Source of the DNA: Spirochaetia bacterium
GTDB taxonomy: Bacteria; Spirochaetota; Spirochaetia; SZUA-6; Bin103
Direction: 5' to 3'
Assembly (NCBI GenBank): GCA_965203055.1
Contig: OZ241863.1
Span: 3,168,001-3,232,000 of the forward strand
Length of the DNA stretch: 64,000 bases
Shown here: in pieces, positions 9,750-19,900 of the stretch
How positions within the stretch are numbered: the stretch's first letter is position 1
Layout of the letters: every line of letters begins with the position of its first letter
The notes under the pieces: model-generated
Databases searched by the model: none
What the model saw: the letters and a program-made list of their open reading frames with translations, nothing else
What the model was told of the DNA's origin: nothing
Translations under genes and position numbers: made by a program

Positions 9750-9884
9750 GTGGACATCCTCGCCAACGATCTGTCGATTCACGGACAGCTCCACGACATA
9801 CGGTCATTTCGACGATGCTTCGGCGCCGGTTGCTCGCGGGCGGGCGGTGAGCGACAGCCAGCGACAGGCGGCAGGGCGGATTGA
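9750..9884 (+). pseudogene. Probable truncated 5' remnant of the gene normally following the DUF3696 ATPase
   Basis: GTG lies 1 nt after the ATPase stop and reads MDILANDLSIHGQLHDIRSFR, then degenerates into GC-rich low-complexity sequence (44 aa). Confidence 0.4.
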
Positions 9885-9919
9885 CGGCGCGGCGCCTGAG
9901 CCGGTAGGGTGGGCGCGGC

Positions 9920-10714
9920 ATGGGGACGTTCGAGGAGGGGTTCGGCGCCGTGGAGGCGGCTGCCGGGCGCACGGCCGCGGAGGCGGCGGCATTGGCGAAG
10001 GCGGCGAAGCAACTCCTCAAGGCCGCTCAGGACGGTAATATCGGCCAGCTCCGGCGCCAGAGCATCCGCCTCACCGAGCTGCTCTCCTCGGTCACCGGCC
10101 ACGTCGAACGGGCCTCCGCCAGTTGGCCGTTCGACGTCGAGGATGAACGCGCCTATCTGGAGCAGCGCTTCGGCGCCGAGCTGCGCGCCGAAGCGGACCG
10201 CATCGGCCTGAACGTCACGCCCCGTGACGAGCGGCTGGTCTGCTCGCCGTCGATCATCCGGGTCAGCCCTGCCGACCGCGCCGTGACGATTGACGGCCGC
10301 AAGCGGAGCGCGATCCGCCCGTCAAAGCTCGCCGCCGACCTGCATGCGATCCAGCAGGCCGGTCCGCGCGGCAATCCGCAGCGCTTCCTGGAGGCGCTGC
10401 ACAAGGCCTACCGCATCCTGGCCCCGGCGCCGGCGGACTCCTTGATCCAAGGCGGGCAGGTGGTCGCCCTGGCCAAGGTCTACGCCCTGCTCACCACCTT
10501 GCCGGGGAGCGGCCGGCAGTACTCCAGGACCGACTTCGCGCGCGACCTCTACGTGCTCGACAGCTCGGCCGTGGACACCACCCGCTCCGGCGGCGCCCGG
10601 GTGAGCTTCCTCCACTCCACCGCCGCGCGCTCCGGCAAGGGAGCGTTTTCGTTCGCCGATCGGGCCGGCAACCTGATCACCTACTCCAGCATCCGGTTTA
10701 CGGAGGTCGGTTGA
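9920..10714 (+). CDS. Hypothetical protein (helical N-terminus, possible winged-helix C-terminus)
   Basis: 264 aa with host-like codon bias. Its stop overlaps the next ATG (TGATG). Confidence 0.75.
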   Translation: MGTFEEGFGAVEAAAGRTAAEAAALAKAAKQLLKAAQDGNIGQLRRQSIRLTELLSSVTGHVERASASWPFDVEDERAYLEQRFGAELRAEADRIGLNVTPRDERLVCSPSIIRVSPADRAVTIDGRKRSAIRPSKLAADLHAIQQAGPRGNPQRFLEALHKAYRILAPAPADSLIQGGQVVALAKVYALLTTLPGSGRQYSRTDFARDLYVLDSSAVDTTRSGGARVSFLHSTAARSGKGAFSFADRAGNLITYSSIRFTEVG

Positions 10715-11670
10715 TGCACGCCGCCGAGTGGCTCGATCACCTCGACCGGGAGTACCTGGCCACGTTCATCGCCGACGGCGGAGCCGCCGTCAAGTTCGTC
10801 GTGACCGGCGCCCAGGGCCGCGCGGACCTGATCCGGCGCCTGGCTCACACCGGTGAGGAGCGCGGCTATCTGGTCCTGACCGCCGACGCCGCCGAACAGC
10901 GGTTCCACATGCCGCAGGACCTGTTCTTCGCCATGGCCGCCCAGGTCGACTGGCGCCGCGCCGCGCGCCGCTTCATCATCCGGCTGGCGCAGGACGAAGG
11001 ATTTTCTGTCGACGGCGTAGACGCCGCTCAGGAAGGGGTGATCCGGTCCATCGCCGACCGCGCCGGGACCGGGATCGACGCCGGGTTTCTGTTCACCAGC
11101 CTGGCGCCGGCGCTGCAGCGCCGCCTGTACTTCGACCGGAACATGTCCAAGGACTTCCGCGTCGCCATGACCCATCTCTGTCTGCATGAGCGCTCCCTCG
11201 ACCAGCCGTATCAGGGGCAGGCGATCATCGACTGGCTGACCGGCAGGAACACCCGCATGTCCAACGTCAAGCAGTATTCCATCTTCACTCCCGTCAACCG
11301 CACCACGGCGCGCCACCTGCTGCGCTCGGCCTTCTACTGGTTCCGCAGCGCCGGCTATACCGGGACGATAGTGCTGCTGGACAACGAACGGGTGACCAGA
11401 CGCCTGCGGCCTGAGGATGGGTCGCGGTACTATACGCGAGCAATGACGATCGACCACTACGAATTGCTCCGCGAGTTCGTCGACGGCGCCGACCGCCTGC
11501 CGGCGACGTTGCTGGTCGTCTGTTCCGGCAGCGACTTCCTGGACCAGGAGGCGGACCGGCAGTCGCGCGGCGTCGGCATCTATCCCGCCTTGCAGACCAG
11601 GATCATCGATGACGTCCGCGACCGCACGCGGCAGAACCCGGCCGCCGCGCTGTGCCGGCTGGCCGGCTGA
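10714..11670 (+). CDS. BrxD/DUF2791-like P-loop protein with degenerate Walker A
   Basis: GGAAVKFVVTG without GKS/T, IDWLTG, Walker B-like GTIVLLDN, YELLREFVD and GVGIYPALQTRI. These resemble BrxD-family motifs. Confidence 0.7.
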   Translation: MHAAEWLDHLDREYLATFIADGGAAVKFVVTGAQGRADLIRRLAHTGEERGYLVLTADAAEQRFHMPQDLFFAMAAQVDWRRAARRFIIRLAQDEGFSVDGVDAAQEGVIRSIADRAGTGIDAGFLFTSLAPALQRRLYFDRNMSKDFRVAMTHLCLHERSLDQPYQGQAIIDWLTGRNTRMSNVKQYSIFTPVNRTTARHLLRSAFYWFRSAGYTGTIVLLDNERVTRRLRPEDGSRYYTRAMTIDHYELLREFVDGADRLPATLLVVCSGSDFLDQEADRQSRGVGIYPALQTRIIDDVRDRTRQNPAAALCRLAG

Positions 11671-11677
11671 GGCCGCG

Positions 11678-12964
11678 ATGCCGGAGAACCTGGACCGACT
11701 GGCCTGCCGCAGGGCGATAGAGGCGCTGCGCAACGGCGTGCCCAACCGGGAGGCGGTGCGCATTCTGGGCAGCACGCAGCCGCACGCCGAACGGCGCTTC
11801 CAGAAGCTCCTGCGGCGGGTGGAGGAGGGGAATGGCGCGGCGGCCGGCCGCGGGCTGCTGATCTCGGGCGACTTCGGCACCGGCAAGTCGCACCTGCTGG
11901 AGCATTTCGAGCACTTGGCCCTGGAGCGAAACTTCGTCTGCAGCCGGGTGGCGGTCAGCAAGGAGACGCCGTTCCATGACTTGGCCAGGATGTTCCGGTC
12001 GGCGGTCGATCACGGCACGGTCCCCGGCGGAAAGGTCGGTCTGATGGTGGACGAAATCGGCCACGGGTTGGACCCGGACTCCGACCGCTACGCGCGCTTC
12101 TTCCGCTGGGCGAACGACGACGACAACGGCCTGCACCGTATCTTTCCGGCCACGCTGATGGTGCACGAACGGTTGGGGGAACAGGACACGCTCAGCGCCA
12201 TCCGCTGGTTCTGGTCGGGCGACAAGATCGCGGTTGGCGAGGTCAAGAAGGGGCTGCGCCAGATCGGGCAACAGCGGTCGTATACCTTCCGCGCGCCGAA
12301 GCTGAAGGAGCTGCCGCCGCAGCGCCTGCGCTTCGTCCTGGAGATGGTCAAGGCGGCCGGTTATCACGGATGGGTCGTGCTGATCGACGAGCTGGAGCTG
12401 GTCGGGAGTTACAGCGTGCTGCAGCGCGCCCGCTCCTACGCCGAACTGACCCGCTGGATGGGCGAGAAGCGCGGCGATTATCCCGGACTGGTGGTCGTGG
12501 CGGCGATCACGGAAGACTTTGCCCAGGCGATCCTGGAGCAGAAGAAGGACCGCGTGAAGGTGCCGGAACGGCTGCGCGCGCGCGGTGACCTCGACACCTT
12601 GCGGTGGGCGGAGGCGGGCATGAAGTGGCTCGACTCGCGCCGCACGGCGCTCCACGAAGTGAAGCCGCAGGAGGTGGAGGCCGCGGTGGAGACGATCCGG
12701 CGCATCTACGGTACGGCGTACGACTGGCCGGCCCCACCGGCCGCCCCAACCCCGCCGGACGCCGCCGGCTATCAGAAGCGGATGCGCTACAAGGTCCGCG
12801 CGGCGATCACCACCTGGGACCTGCAGCGCCTGCATCCCGAGGCCCAGCCCGAGCTGGAGAGCGAGGAATACCATTCCTCCTACGCCGAAGATCCCGACGT
12901 GGCGGCCGAAACCAAAGACAACGACGACGCACCTCCCGCCCCGGCGGACCCTGCCGACTCCTGA
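11678..12964 (+). CDS. BrxD/DUF2791-like P-loop ATPase (intact motifs)
   Basis: N-terminal IEALRNGVP, Walker A GDFGTGKSH, Walker B GWVVLIDELE, acidic tail. Confidence 0.8.
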   Translation: MPENLDRLACRRAIEALRNGVPNREAVRILGSTQPHAERRFQKLLRRVEEGNGAAAGRGLLISGDFGTGKSHLLEHFEHLALERNFVCSRVAVSKETPFHDLARMFRSAVDHGTVPGGKVGLMVDEIGHGLDPDSDRYARFFRWANDDDNGLHRIFPATLMVHERLGEQDTLSAIRWFWSGDKIAVGEVKKGLRQIGQQRSYTFRAPKLKELPPQRLRFVLEMVKAAGYHGWVVLIDELELVGSYSVLQRARSYAELTRWMGEKRGDYPGLVVVAAITEDFAQAILEQKKDRVKVPERLRARGDLDTLRWAEAGMKWLDSRRTALHEVKPQEVEAAVETIRRIYGTAYDWPAPPAAPTPPDAAGYQKRMRYKVRAAITTWDLQRLHPEAQPELESEEYHSSYAEDPDVAAETKDNDDAPPAPADPADS

Positions 12965-12992
12965 CGCCCCCCTGATCGGCTGACCCGCCCGC

Positions 12993-13013
12993 ACCGGCCG
13001 CGGGCCGGCCGGT
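12993..13013. terminator. GC-rich hairpin between convergent genes
   Basis: ACCGGCCG-cgggc-CGGCCGGT perfect 8-bp stem; no U-tract. Confidence 0.25.
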
Positions 13014-13039
13014 CACGCGCGCGGCGGCCGCCGCGGTGG

Positions 13040-14242
13040 TCAGCGGGTATCGGCGAGCGCGGCGGTGGCGCCGCTGACGTCGAGCAGATAGAGCTGCCGC
13101 CCGCCGGCGTGGGCGGAATCGATGGTTACCAGCCGGGCGCCGGGATCGGAGCGCGGGTGCAGGTCGCAACGCAAGTCGTCCCGGTAGGCCGGCGGGGCGT
13201 GAAACCGGCCCAGTTCGACCCGCGCGCCGCTCGGCGCGTGGTACAGATATAGCTCCTGCATGCGGCTCCCTTCCCGCGGATAGCAGTCGTTGAGGATCCA
13301 GTCGCGGTCGCCCAGATAGGTGCAGTGGCCGTTCAGCGCCATCGCCTGCTTGCCGATCACCTCCACGTGATCGCTCCGGTCGCGGTACAGGTAGAACGCA
13401 TCCCGGTGGGAGGGCTGCCACGACCAGGCCAGGATCGTCTCGGGATCACGCCAGATGAAATGCGACATGTGGCCGTAGTCGTCCACCACGTGCAGGTCGG
13501 AGCCGTCCGCGGCCGCGGTGAACATGCGCGTGCGCATGCCGCGGCCGCCGGCGCGCCAGCGGTGCAGGAAGATGAAGCGCGTTCCGTCCGGGCTGAACAG
13601 CAGGTGGTTGAAGTAGTGCTTTGCCTGCGAGAAGTCACCGTGCGGCCAGGGCACCGCCGCGGCCTGGGCCACGGAGACGAGCTGGCGGACGGCGCCGGTG
13701 CGCAGGTCCACGCGGTAGATGCCCGACTCCTCGGGGGCCAACTGGTCGCGGCAGGGGTCGGGAATGCCCTCGTAGCCGTAGCCGGGGCGCATTTCCCCGA
13801 GGCGGCGGAAATCGGTGCCGATGGCCGAGCGGCCGTCCGGCGCCAGGGCGTAGACCGGCGCGGGCAGGGTGCGGCTGGCGCCGGTCGCAGTATCGGTGAT
13901 GCGCGCGGCGTAGCGGTCGCCGGCGCGTTCGTTCCAGATTACCTCGCTGGCCGATCCGGGGATCCACTGCAGCATGCACCCTTGCTGCCAGCACCAGGCG
14001 CTGGTCGCGCCGATGGTGCGCCACGCGTCGCCCCCTTCCAGATCGATCATGCCGATACGTATTTCGTCGTCCGGGCGCGGCGCGCGCTGCTCGAAGTCGA
14101 CGCCCATGGCCAGCGCGTAGCGCGAAGTGGGATCGAACTGCAGCTTGTCGTAGTAGCCGAACCAGTGGTAGCCGGGACCCTTGGTGATGGCCCGGATCGG
14201 AACCGGTGCGCCTTCCGGTCGGCGAAGGTCCTCCGCATTCAT
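13040..14242 (-). CDS. Beta-propeller protein (oligogalacturonate lyase/TolB-like)
   Basis: HWFGYYD, AWCWQQG, HYFNHLLFSPDG and RCDLHPR. Start placed at MNAED. Confidence 0.7.
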   Translation of the reverse strand: MNAEDLRRPEGAPVPIRAITKGPGYHWFGYYDKLQFDPTSRYALAMGVDFEQRAPRPDDEIRIGMIDLEGGDAWRTIGATSAWCWQQGCMLQWIPGSASEVIWNERAGDRYAARITDTATGASRTLPAPVYALAPDGRSAIGTDFRRLGEMRPGYGYEGIPDPCRDQLAPEESGIYRVDLRTGAVRQLVSVAQAAAVPWPHGDFSQAKHYFNHLLFSPDGTRFIFLHRWRAGGRGMRTRMFTAAADGSDLHVVDDYGHMSHFIWRDPETILAWSWQPSHRDAFYLYRDRSDHVEVIGKQAMALNGHCTYLGDRDWILNDCYPREGSRMQELYLYHAPSGARVELGRFHAPPAYRDDLRCDLHPRSDPGARLVTIDSAHAGGRQLYLLDVSGATAALADTR

Positions 14243-14374
14243 GCCGATCAGCCTGATGGCCGGCGCACCCCGCGTCAAGCGGCGGCCCTGCGGCCAGGTT
14301 GTTCGGGGCTGCCCGCCGTGCCCGCCCGCCGCCCGCCGTTTGACCGCGCGCCGTGCCGCAGGTAGCATGCCGCG

Positions 14375-14812
14375 GTGGCAGTGGCCGGTCGCCAGTTCGA
14401 CGTTGCGGGCAGCGACGTTCGCGGCAAGATTCGCTCCGCGAGCTGCCGGCCGCAGCCCTATCTGGAGTGCGTCCGCCGGTACAACGCCGGCGAGCACTGG
14501 CAGGCCCACGAGGTGCTGGAAGATCTGTGGCGCGCCACCGGCGAACCGGAGCGGCGGCGCTTCTATCAGGGAATCATTCAGTTGGCCGCGGCCTTCGTGC
14601 ACGCCGAGCGCGGCAACCTGCGCGGGGTGCAGCGCCTGTTGGCCAAGGCGGACGCCAAGTTGGAAGGCGTATCGTCCCCCTGCCTGGGTCTCGACGTCGC
14701 GGCCTTGCGGCGCGCCATGGCCGCGGCCGGACGCGAGGCGCGGGCCGCGGCGGCAGACCCGCGGCGCGCGTTCGACTGGCGCTGCAAGCCGCGGCTGCTC
14801 CTGCGCCCCTGA
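14375..14812 (+). CDS. DUF309 domain protein
   Basis: WQAHEVLEDLW...FYQGIIQLAA..H.ERGN.RG signature. Confidence 0.85.
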   Translation: MAVAGRQFDVAGSDVRGKIRSASCRPQPYLECVRRYNAGEHWQAHEVLEDLWRATGEPERRRFYQGIIQLAAAFVHAERGNLRGVQRLLAKADAKLEGVSSPCLGLDVAALRRAMAAAGREARAAAADPRRAFDWRCKPRLLLRP

Positions 14813-14829
14813 AGGCCGCGCGGACGTCA

Positions 14830-15786
14830 GTGATCGAACCGACGCTGGATGAGGTGCGCGCCGCAGCGCTGCGCATCGCGCCCTACGTGCACCGCACGCC
14901 GGTGTTTACCAGCTCCTTTCTGGATGCGGCGAGCGGCGCCCGGCTGTTCTTCAAGTGCGAGAACCTGCAGAAGGTTGGCGCATTCAAGATGCGCGGCGCG
15001 GCCAACTTCGTGCTGCGGCTCTCCCCGGCCGAGGCCGCGCGCGGCGTCGTGACGCACTCCTCCGGCAACCACGGCCAGGCGGTGGCGGCGGCGGCGCGGG
15101 CGCGCGGTGTGGCTGCGACCGTGGTCATGCCGCGCAGCTCGGCGGCGGTCAAACGGGCGGCCGTGGCCGGCTATGGGGCGCGGGTAGTGCTCTGCGCCGA
15201 CGGCGACCGGGCGCGCGCCGCGGCCGCGCAACGGATCGTGGAACGGGAGGGCGCCATCCTCATCCATCCCTACGGCCATCCCGACATCGTCGCGGGTCAG
15301 GGCACCCTGGCGCTGGAGCTCCTGGAGCAGGCCGCGCACCTGGACGCGGTGGTGGCGCCGGTCGGCGGCGGCGGCTGCCTGAGCGGGATCGGGCTGGCGG
15401 TACGCGGATTGCGCCCGCAGGCAGCGCTGTTCGGGGCCGAGCCGGAGCGCGCTGACGACGCCGCGCGCTCCCTGGCCGCCGGCCGCATCCTGCCGAGCGT
15501 GCAGCCGGACACGGTAGCCGACGGACTGCGCACCGCGCTGGCGCCGCTCACCTTCGCGCTCCTGCGCGCGCACGGCGTCCGGATTCTGACCGTCTCGGAG
15601 GAGCAGATCGTCGCCGCCATGCGCACCATCTGGATGCGCCTGAAGCTGGTGGTCGAGCCGTCCGCGGCGGCCGCCCTGGCGGCGGTGCTGGCCCACGGCG
15701 CGCTGTTCCGCGGCCGGCGCGTCGGGGTGGTGCTGACCGGCGGCAACGTCGACCTGGAGCGCCTGCCGTGGACCGCGCCCGCCTAG
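14830..15786 (+). CDS. PLP-dependent serine/threonine dehydratase / serine racemase family
   Basis: KCENLQKVGAFKMRGA, SSGNHGQ, PVGGGG, EPS, TGGN. Confidence 0.9.
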   Translation: MIEPTLDEVRAAALRIAPYVHRTPVFTSSFLDAASGARLFFKCENLQKVGAFKMRGAANFVLRLSPAEAARGVVTHSSGNHGQAVAAAARARGVAATVVMPRSSAAVKRAAVAGYGARVVLCADGDRARAAAAQRIVEREGAILIHPYGHPDIVAGQGTLALELLEQAAHLDAVVAPVGGGGCLSGIGLAVRGLRPQAALFGAEPERADDAARSLAAGRILPSVQPDTVADGLRTALAPLTFALLRAHGVRILTVSEEQIVAAMRTIWMRLKLVVEPSAAAALAAVLAHGALFRGRRVGVVLTGGNVDLERLPWTAPA

Positions 15787-15802
15787 GTGGTCCGGCAAGC
15801 GG

Positions 15803-16825
15803 TCAGCGCAGTACCTCGGTCGCCGCCTCCACGGGCGCGAAGTTGCTGCCCCGCACCTGCACGTAGACCTGAAACGGATTGCCGCCCGGCGCCTGCAGGT
15901 CGGATACCTCGTAGGTGAAGTTCTTTTCCGGGTCGAGGCGGAAGCGGCCGCTCCGGATCTGATCCCAGACCAGATCCGTGTCCGGCTTGCGCAGCGCCAC
16001 GTAGACGATGCCATTGCGCGCCGGCTGCGAGCCCAGGTTCTTGACCAGCACCGTCACGTTGGCGGTGACCTCGTCGGCGCCGTCCGGTTGCCCGTACTTG
16101 GCGGTGAATTCCAGGGTCATTACGGGCCGCTCGACGATCGGCCTGATCTCCGCGGGGATGCCCTGGTAGCTCGGCGGTACCACTCCCGGGTCCCAGTTCT
16201 CGCCGGTGGTCTCCAGGTAGCAGTAGCGCGTCAGATGATGCCGGTAGTAGGGTTGCCCGCGGGCGGGGCGGCACCGGAAGCCGACCGCGATGTGTCCGGG
16301 AAAGAGCAGCAGCGCGACGTCGTAGCCAAGCTCGTGGAGCATGGCGGAAGCGAGTATCGAAGTATCCTCGCAGTCGCCGCCGTTGTCGTAGAAGGTTTCA
16401 TAGGGGAACCTCGGATACTCGTCGAAGCCGGTCGTTACCTCGTCCGAGGTATAGGGCAGGTTCTGCACGAAGGAAACGATGAAATAGGGGAGCTCCTCGC
16501 GGCTCAATCCCTGCGCCGTGCCGTGGTCGGCCAGCTTCCTGGTGATTTCCTCGATGAACGGCTTGCTGTAGCGGTCGGAAGCGAATACGTCGTAGTCGCG
16601 CTGCCGCTCACGCTGCCGGAACACTTCGTAGGTGTCGGGATGCAGCTCGAACGCCAGATGGTAGGTGCTGCCGCGGTGCTGCCATTCGAAGTCGCGCGTC
16701 ACGCCGCGCTCGCCGCCCGCGCTCGGCGGAGCCGACGAGCAGCTTGCCAGGATGATCGACAATACCGCCGCCAGCGCGCCGGCCCGGCGCGCGCGCAGGC
16801 CCGCGGGAGCAGGTGCTGCTGCCAC
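15803..16825 (-). CDS. Transglutaminase-like cysteine protease lipoprotein
   Basis: Lipobox ILASC; GDCEDT...GHIAVG...YLETT catalytic motifs. Confidence 0.75.
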   Translation of the reverse strand: MAAAPAPAGLRARRAGALAAVLSIILASCSSAPPSAGGERGVTRDFEWQHRGSTYHLAFELHPDTYEVFRQRERQRDYDVFASDRYSKPFIEEITRKLADHGTAQGLSREELPYFIVSFVQNLPYTSDEVTTGFDEYPRFPYETFYDNGGDCEDTSILASAMLHELGYDVALLLFPGHIAVGFRCRPARGQPYYRHHLTRYCYLETTGENWDPGVVPPSYQGIPAEIRPIVERPVMTLEFTAKYGQPDGADEVTANVTVLVKNLGSQPARNGIVYVALRKPDTDLVWDQIRSGRFRLDPEKNFTYEVSDLQAPGGNPFQVYVQVRGSNFAPVEAATEVLR

Positions 16826-16915
16826 GCCGCAACCCTATCATGAGGCCGCGCGCCGGCGTCAGCGGCCTCGGCGCCGGTTGCTCAGGAGGGCGCCGCGCGT
16901 TAGCCTGAGCGGGCC

Positions 16916-19900
16916 GTGAGTACCATCATACGACCTTCGCCCGAACCGCCGGCGGCCGCCGCTTCCGGCTCCCGCGAGGCGGTCCAGAACGTGGCCGACT
17001 TCCTCGCGGACCTGGCGCCGCGGGTGACCGGAGACCTGCGCACCGACACCTACAGCCGGCTCCTGTACAGCACCGACGCCAGCATCTACCAGGTGATGCC
17101 GCACGCCGTCTTCATTCCGCGCCACGCGGAGGACGTGCAGGCCGCGGTCACCCTGGCGGCCGAGCGCGCCATCCCGATCGTGCCGCGCACCGCCGGCTCC
17201 AGCCTGGCGGGGCAGGCGATCGGCGAAGCGCTGATCATCGACTTTTCGCGCCATCTCGACGCGGTCCTGGAATTGAATGCCGAGGAGCGCTGGATACGGG
17301 TCCAGCCCGGCATCGTGCTGGACGAGCTCAACCTCTACCTGCAGCCCCACGGCCTGCAGTTCGGACCCGACCCGGCGAGCAGCAATCGCGCCGCCATGGG
17401 CGGCATCGTGGCCAACAACTCGACCGGCTCGCACTCCATCCTCTACGGCATGACCGCCGACCACGTACTGGAGTTGGAGACCTTCCTCAGCGACGGCAGC
17501 CCCGCCCATCTGGGGCCGGTGGCGGACGCTGCCCTGGACCAGTACCGCCGGCGCGCCGGGCTGGAGGGCCGCCTCTACCGCGGCGTCGACGAGCTGGCCC
17601 GCGCCAACGCCGACGCCATTCTCGCCGGCACTCCCCGGCATTGGCGGCGCTGCGGCGGCTACAACCTGGACCGCTTCGTGGACGGCGCCTCGTTTCGCCA
17701 CCCGCGCGATCCCCGCTTCAACCTGGCCAAGCTGGTGTGCGGCTCGGAGGGCACCCTGGCGGTGATGACCGAGTTGAAGCTGGGCGTGGTGGACCTGCCG
17801 GTGCGCACCGGGCTTGCGGTGGTGCACTTCAGCAGCCTGTACGAGGCGCTGTCTTCGGTGCCGGCGATGCTGGAGACCGGGCCGAGCGCCATCGAGCTGC
17901 TCGACAACCTCGGCCTGACCCTGTGCCGCGCGGTGCCGCAGTACGCGCGCCTGCTGTCCACCTTCATCGACGGCGAGCCCGACTGCGTGCTGATCACCGA
18001 GTTTCGCGGCGACACCGACGCCGAGCTGCGCGCGCGGGTGGACGATCTGCAGCGCCATCTGGCCCGGCAGGGCGTGAAGACGCGAACCGTGGCCGCCATC
18101 GAGCCGGCGTTGCAAAGCAACGTCTGGACCGTACGCAAGGTCGGGCTGGGGCTGATGATGAGCATCAAGGGCGACTACAAGCCGATCCCGTTCATCGAGG
18201 ACGCCGCGGTGCCGCCGCAGCACCTGGCCGATTACGTCACCGAGATCCAGCGCTTCTGCGGCGATATCGGCGTGGAGCGGGTGGCGATGTATGCCCATGC
18301 CAGCGCCGGTTGTCTGCACATCCGCCCGCTGATCAACGCCAAGCTGGCCGCCGACGTCGAGAAGCTGCCGCAGATCTCTTCGTTCGCGGTGGAGCTGCTC
18401 GGCCGTTACGGCGGCGCCTGGTCCAGCGAGCACGGCGACGGCCGCGCCCGCAGTTGGCTCAACGAGCAGTTCTTCGGGCGCGAGCTGTATCAGCTCTACC
18501 GGCAGGTGAAGGGTCTGTTCGATCCCGCCGGGATCCTCAATCCGGGGCAGGTGGTGGACGCCCCGCCCATGACCGAGGACTTGCGCTACGGCGCCGACTA
18601 CCGCGCTTCGCAGCGGCCCGAGCACGTCGACTTCAGCGCCGACCAGGGGTTCGACCGCGCGGTGGAGATGTGCAACGGCGCCGGAATCTGCCGCAAGAAG
18701 ACCGAGGGCACCATGTGCCCCAGCTTCATGGTGACCCGCGAGGAGGAGCACAGCACCCGCGGCCGGGCCAACCTGCTGCGCGCCGCCATGAGCGGGCAAC
18801 TGCCGGAGGAGGAGCTTACCGGCGAGCGGCTGTACGCGGCGATGGACTTGTGCATCGAGTGCAAGGCATGCAAGGCCGAGTGCCCGTCGTCGGTGGACAT
18901 GGCCAAGATCAAGTTCGAGTACTTGGCGCGCTACTACGAGGCCAACCCCGTACCGCGGCGGGTGCGCTTCTTCGCCGACATCGCCCGCGCCAGCCGGGCC
19001 GCCAGCGGCTGGCGCGCGCCGCTGTTCAACTCGCTGCTGGGAGCGGCGCCGGTGCGCTGGCTGCTGGAGCGGGCGCTGGGGATCAGCCGGCAGCGCACGC
19101 TGCCCCGCTTCGCGGCGCTCCCCTTCACCCGCTGGTTCGCCGCCCGCGCGCCGGCGGCGCCCGCCGCCGCGGCCAACGGCCACGCGCCGCCGCCGGCCGC
19201 CCGCGCCGCCGCCAACGGCAGTCCGGGCGTGGCCGCGCCGGGCAGCGGTCGGCGCAGCGTGGTGCTGTTCAACGACACCTTCAACACCTATAACGACCCT
19301 GAAGTGGCGATCGCCGCCACCGAAGTGCTGGAGGCGGCCGGCTATCGGGTGGTGTTGCCCGGCCACTGGTGTTGCGGGCGCCCGATGGTGTCCAAGGGCT
19401 TGGTGGAGCAAGCCCGCGCCGCGGCCCGCGACACCGTGGACAAGCTGCATCCGCTGGTCGCGCAGGGGATGCCGGTGGTGGGGCTGGAGCCGAGCTGCAT
19501 TCTCACCCTGAAGGATGAGTACCTGTCGCTGCTGCCCGACGATCCCCGGGCGCGGGCGGTCGCCGGCGCGGTCGTGACCTTCGAGGAGTTCGTTGCCGCG
19601 GAGGCCGAAGCGGGCCGCTTCGCGTTGCAGTTCCGCCCGCAGACCGGGCGCGTGTTGCTGCACGGTCACTGCCATCAGAAGGCGCTGGTCGGCACCGGCC
19701 CGAGCCGCCGGACGCTGGAACTGGCCGGCTTCGCCGTGGAGGAGGTCGACTCCGGCTGCTGCGGCATGGCGGGGTCCTTCGGCTACGAGGCCGAGCATCT
19801 CGAAGTGTCGCTGGCGATGGCCGAGCGCCGCCTGCTGCCCGCGGTCCGCGAGGCCGGCGCCGGCACCGAAATCGCCGCCGCCGGCACCAGTTGCCGCGCC

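Noticed and set aside
9920..12964. Shango system call
   Set aside because: No TerB-like or helicase gene accompanies the DUF2791-like ATPases.
13040..14602. Extended N-termini of several track ORFs (e.g. 14602, 14353, 19593, 27934, 43387, 44553, 58613)
   Set aside because: The extensions overlap neighbouring genes and lack homology; starts were moved to downstream codons.
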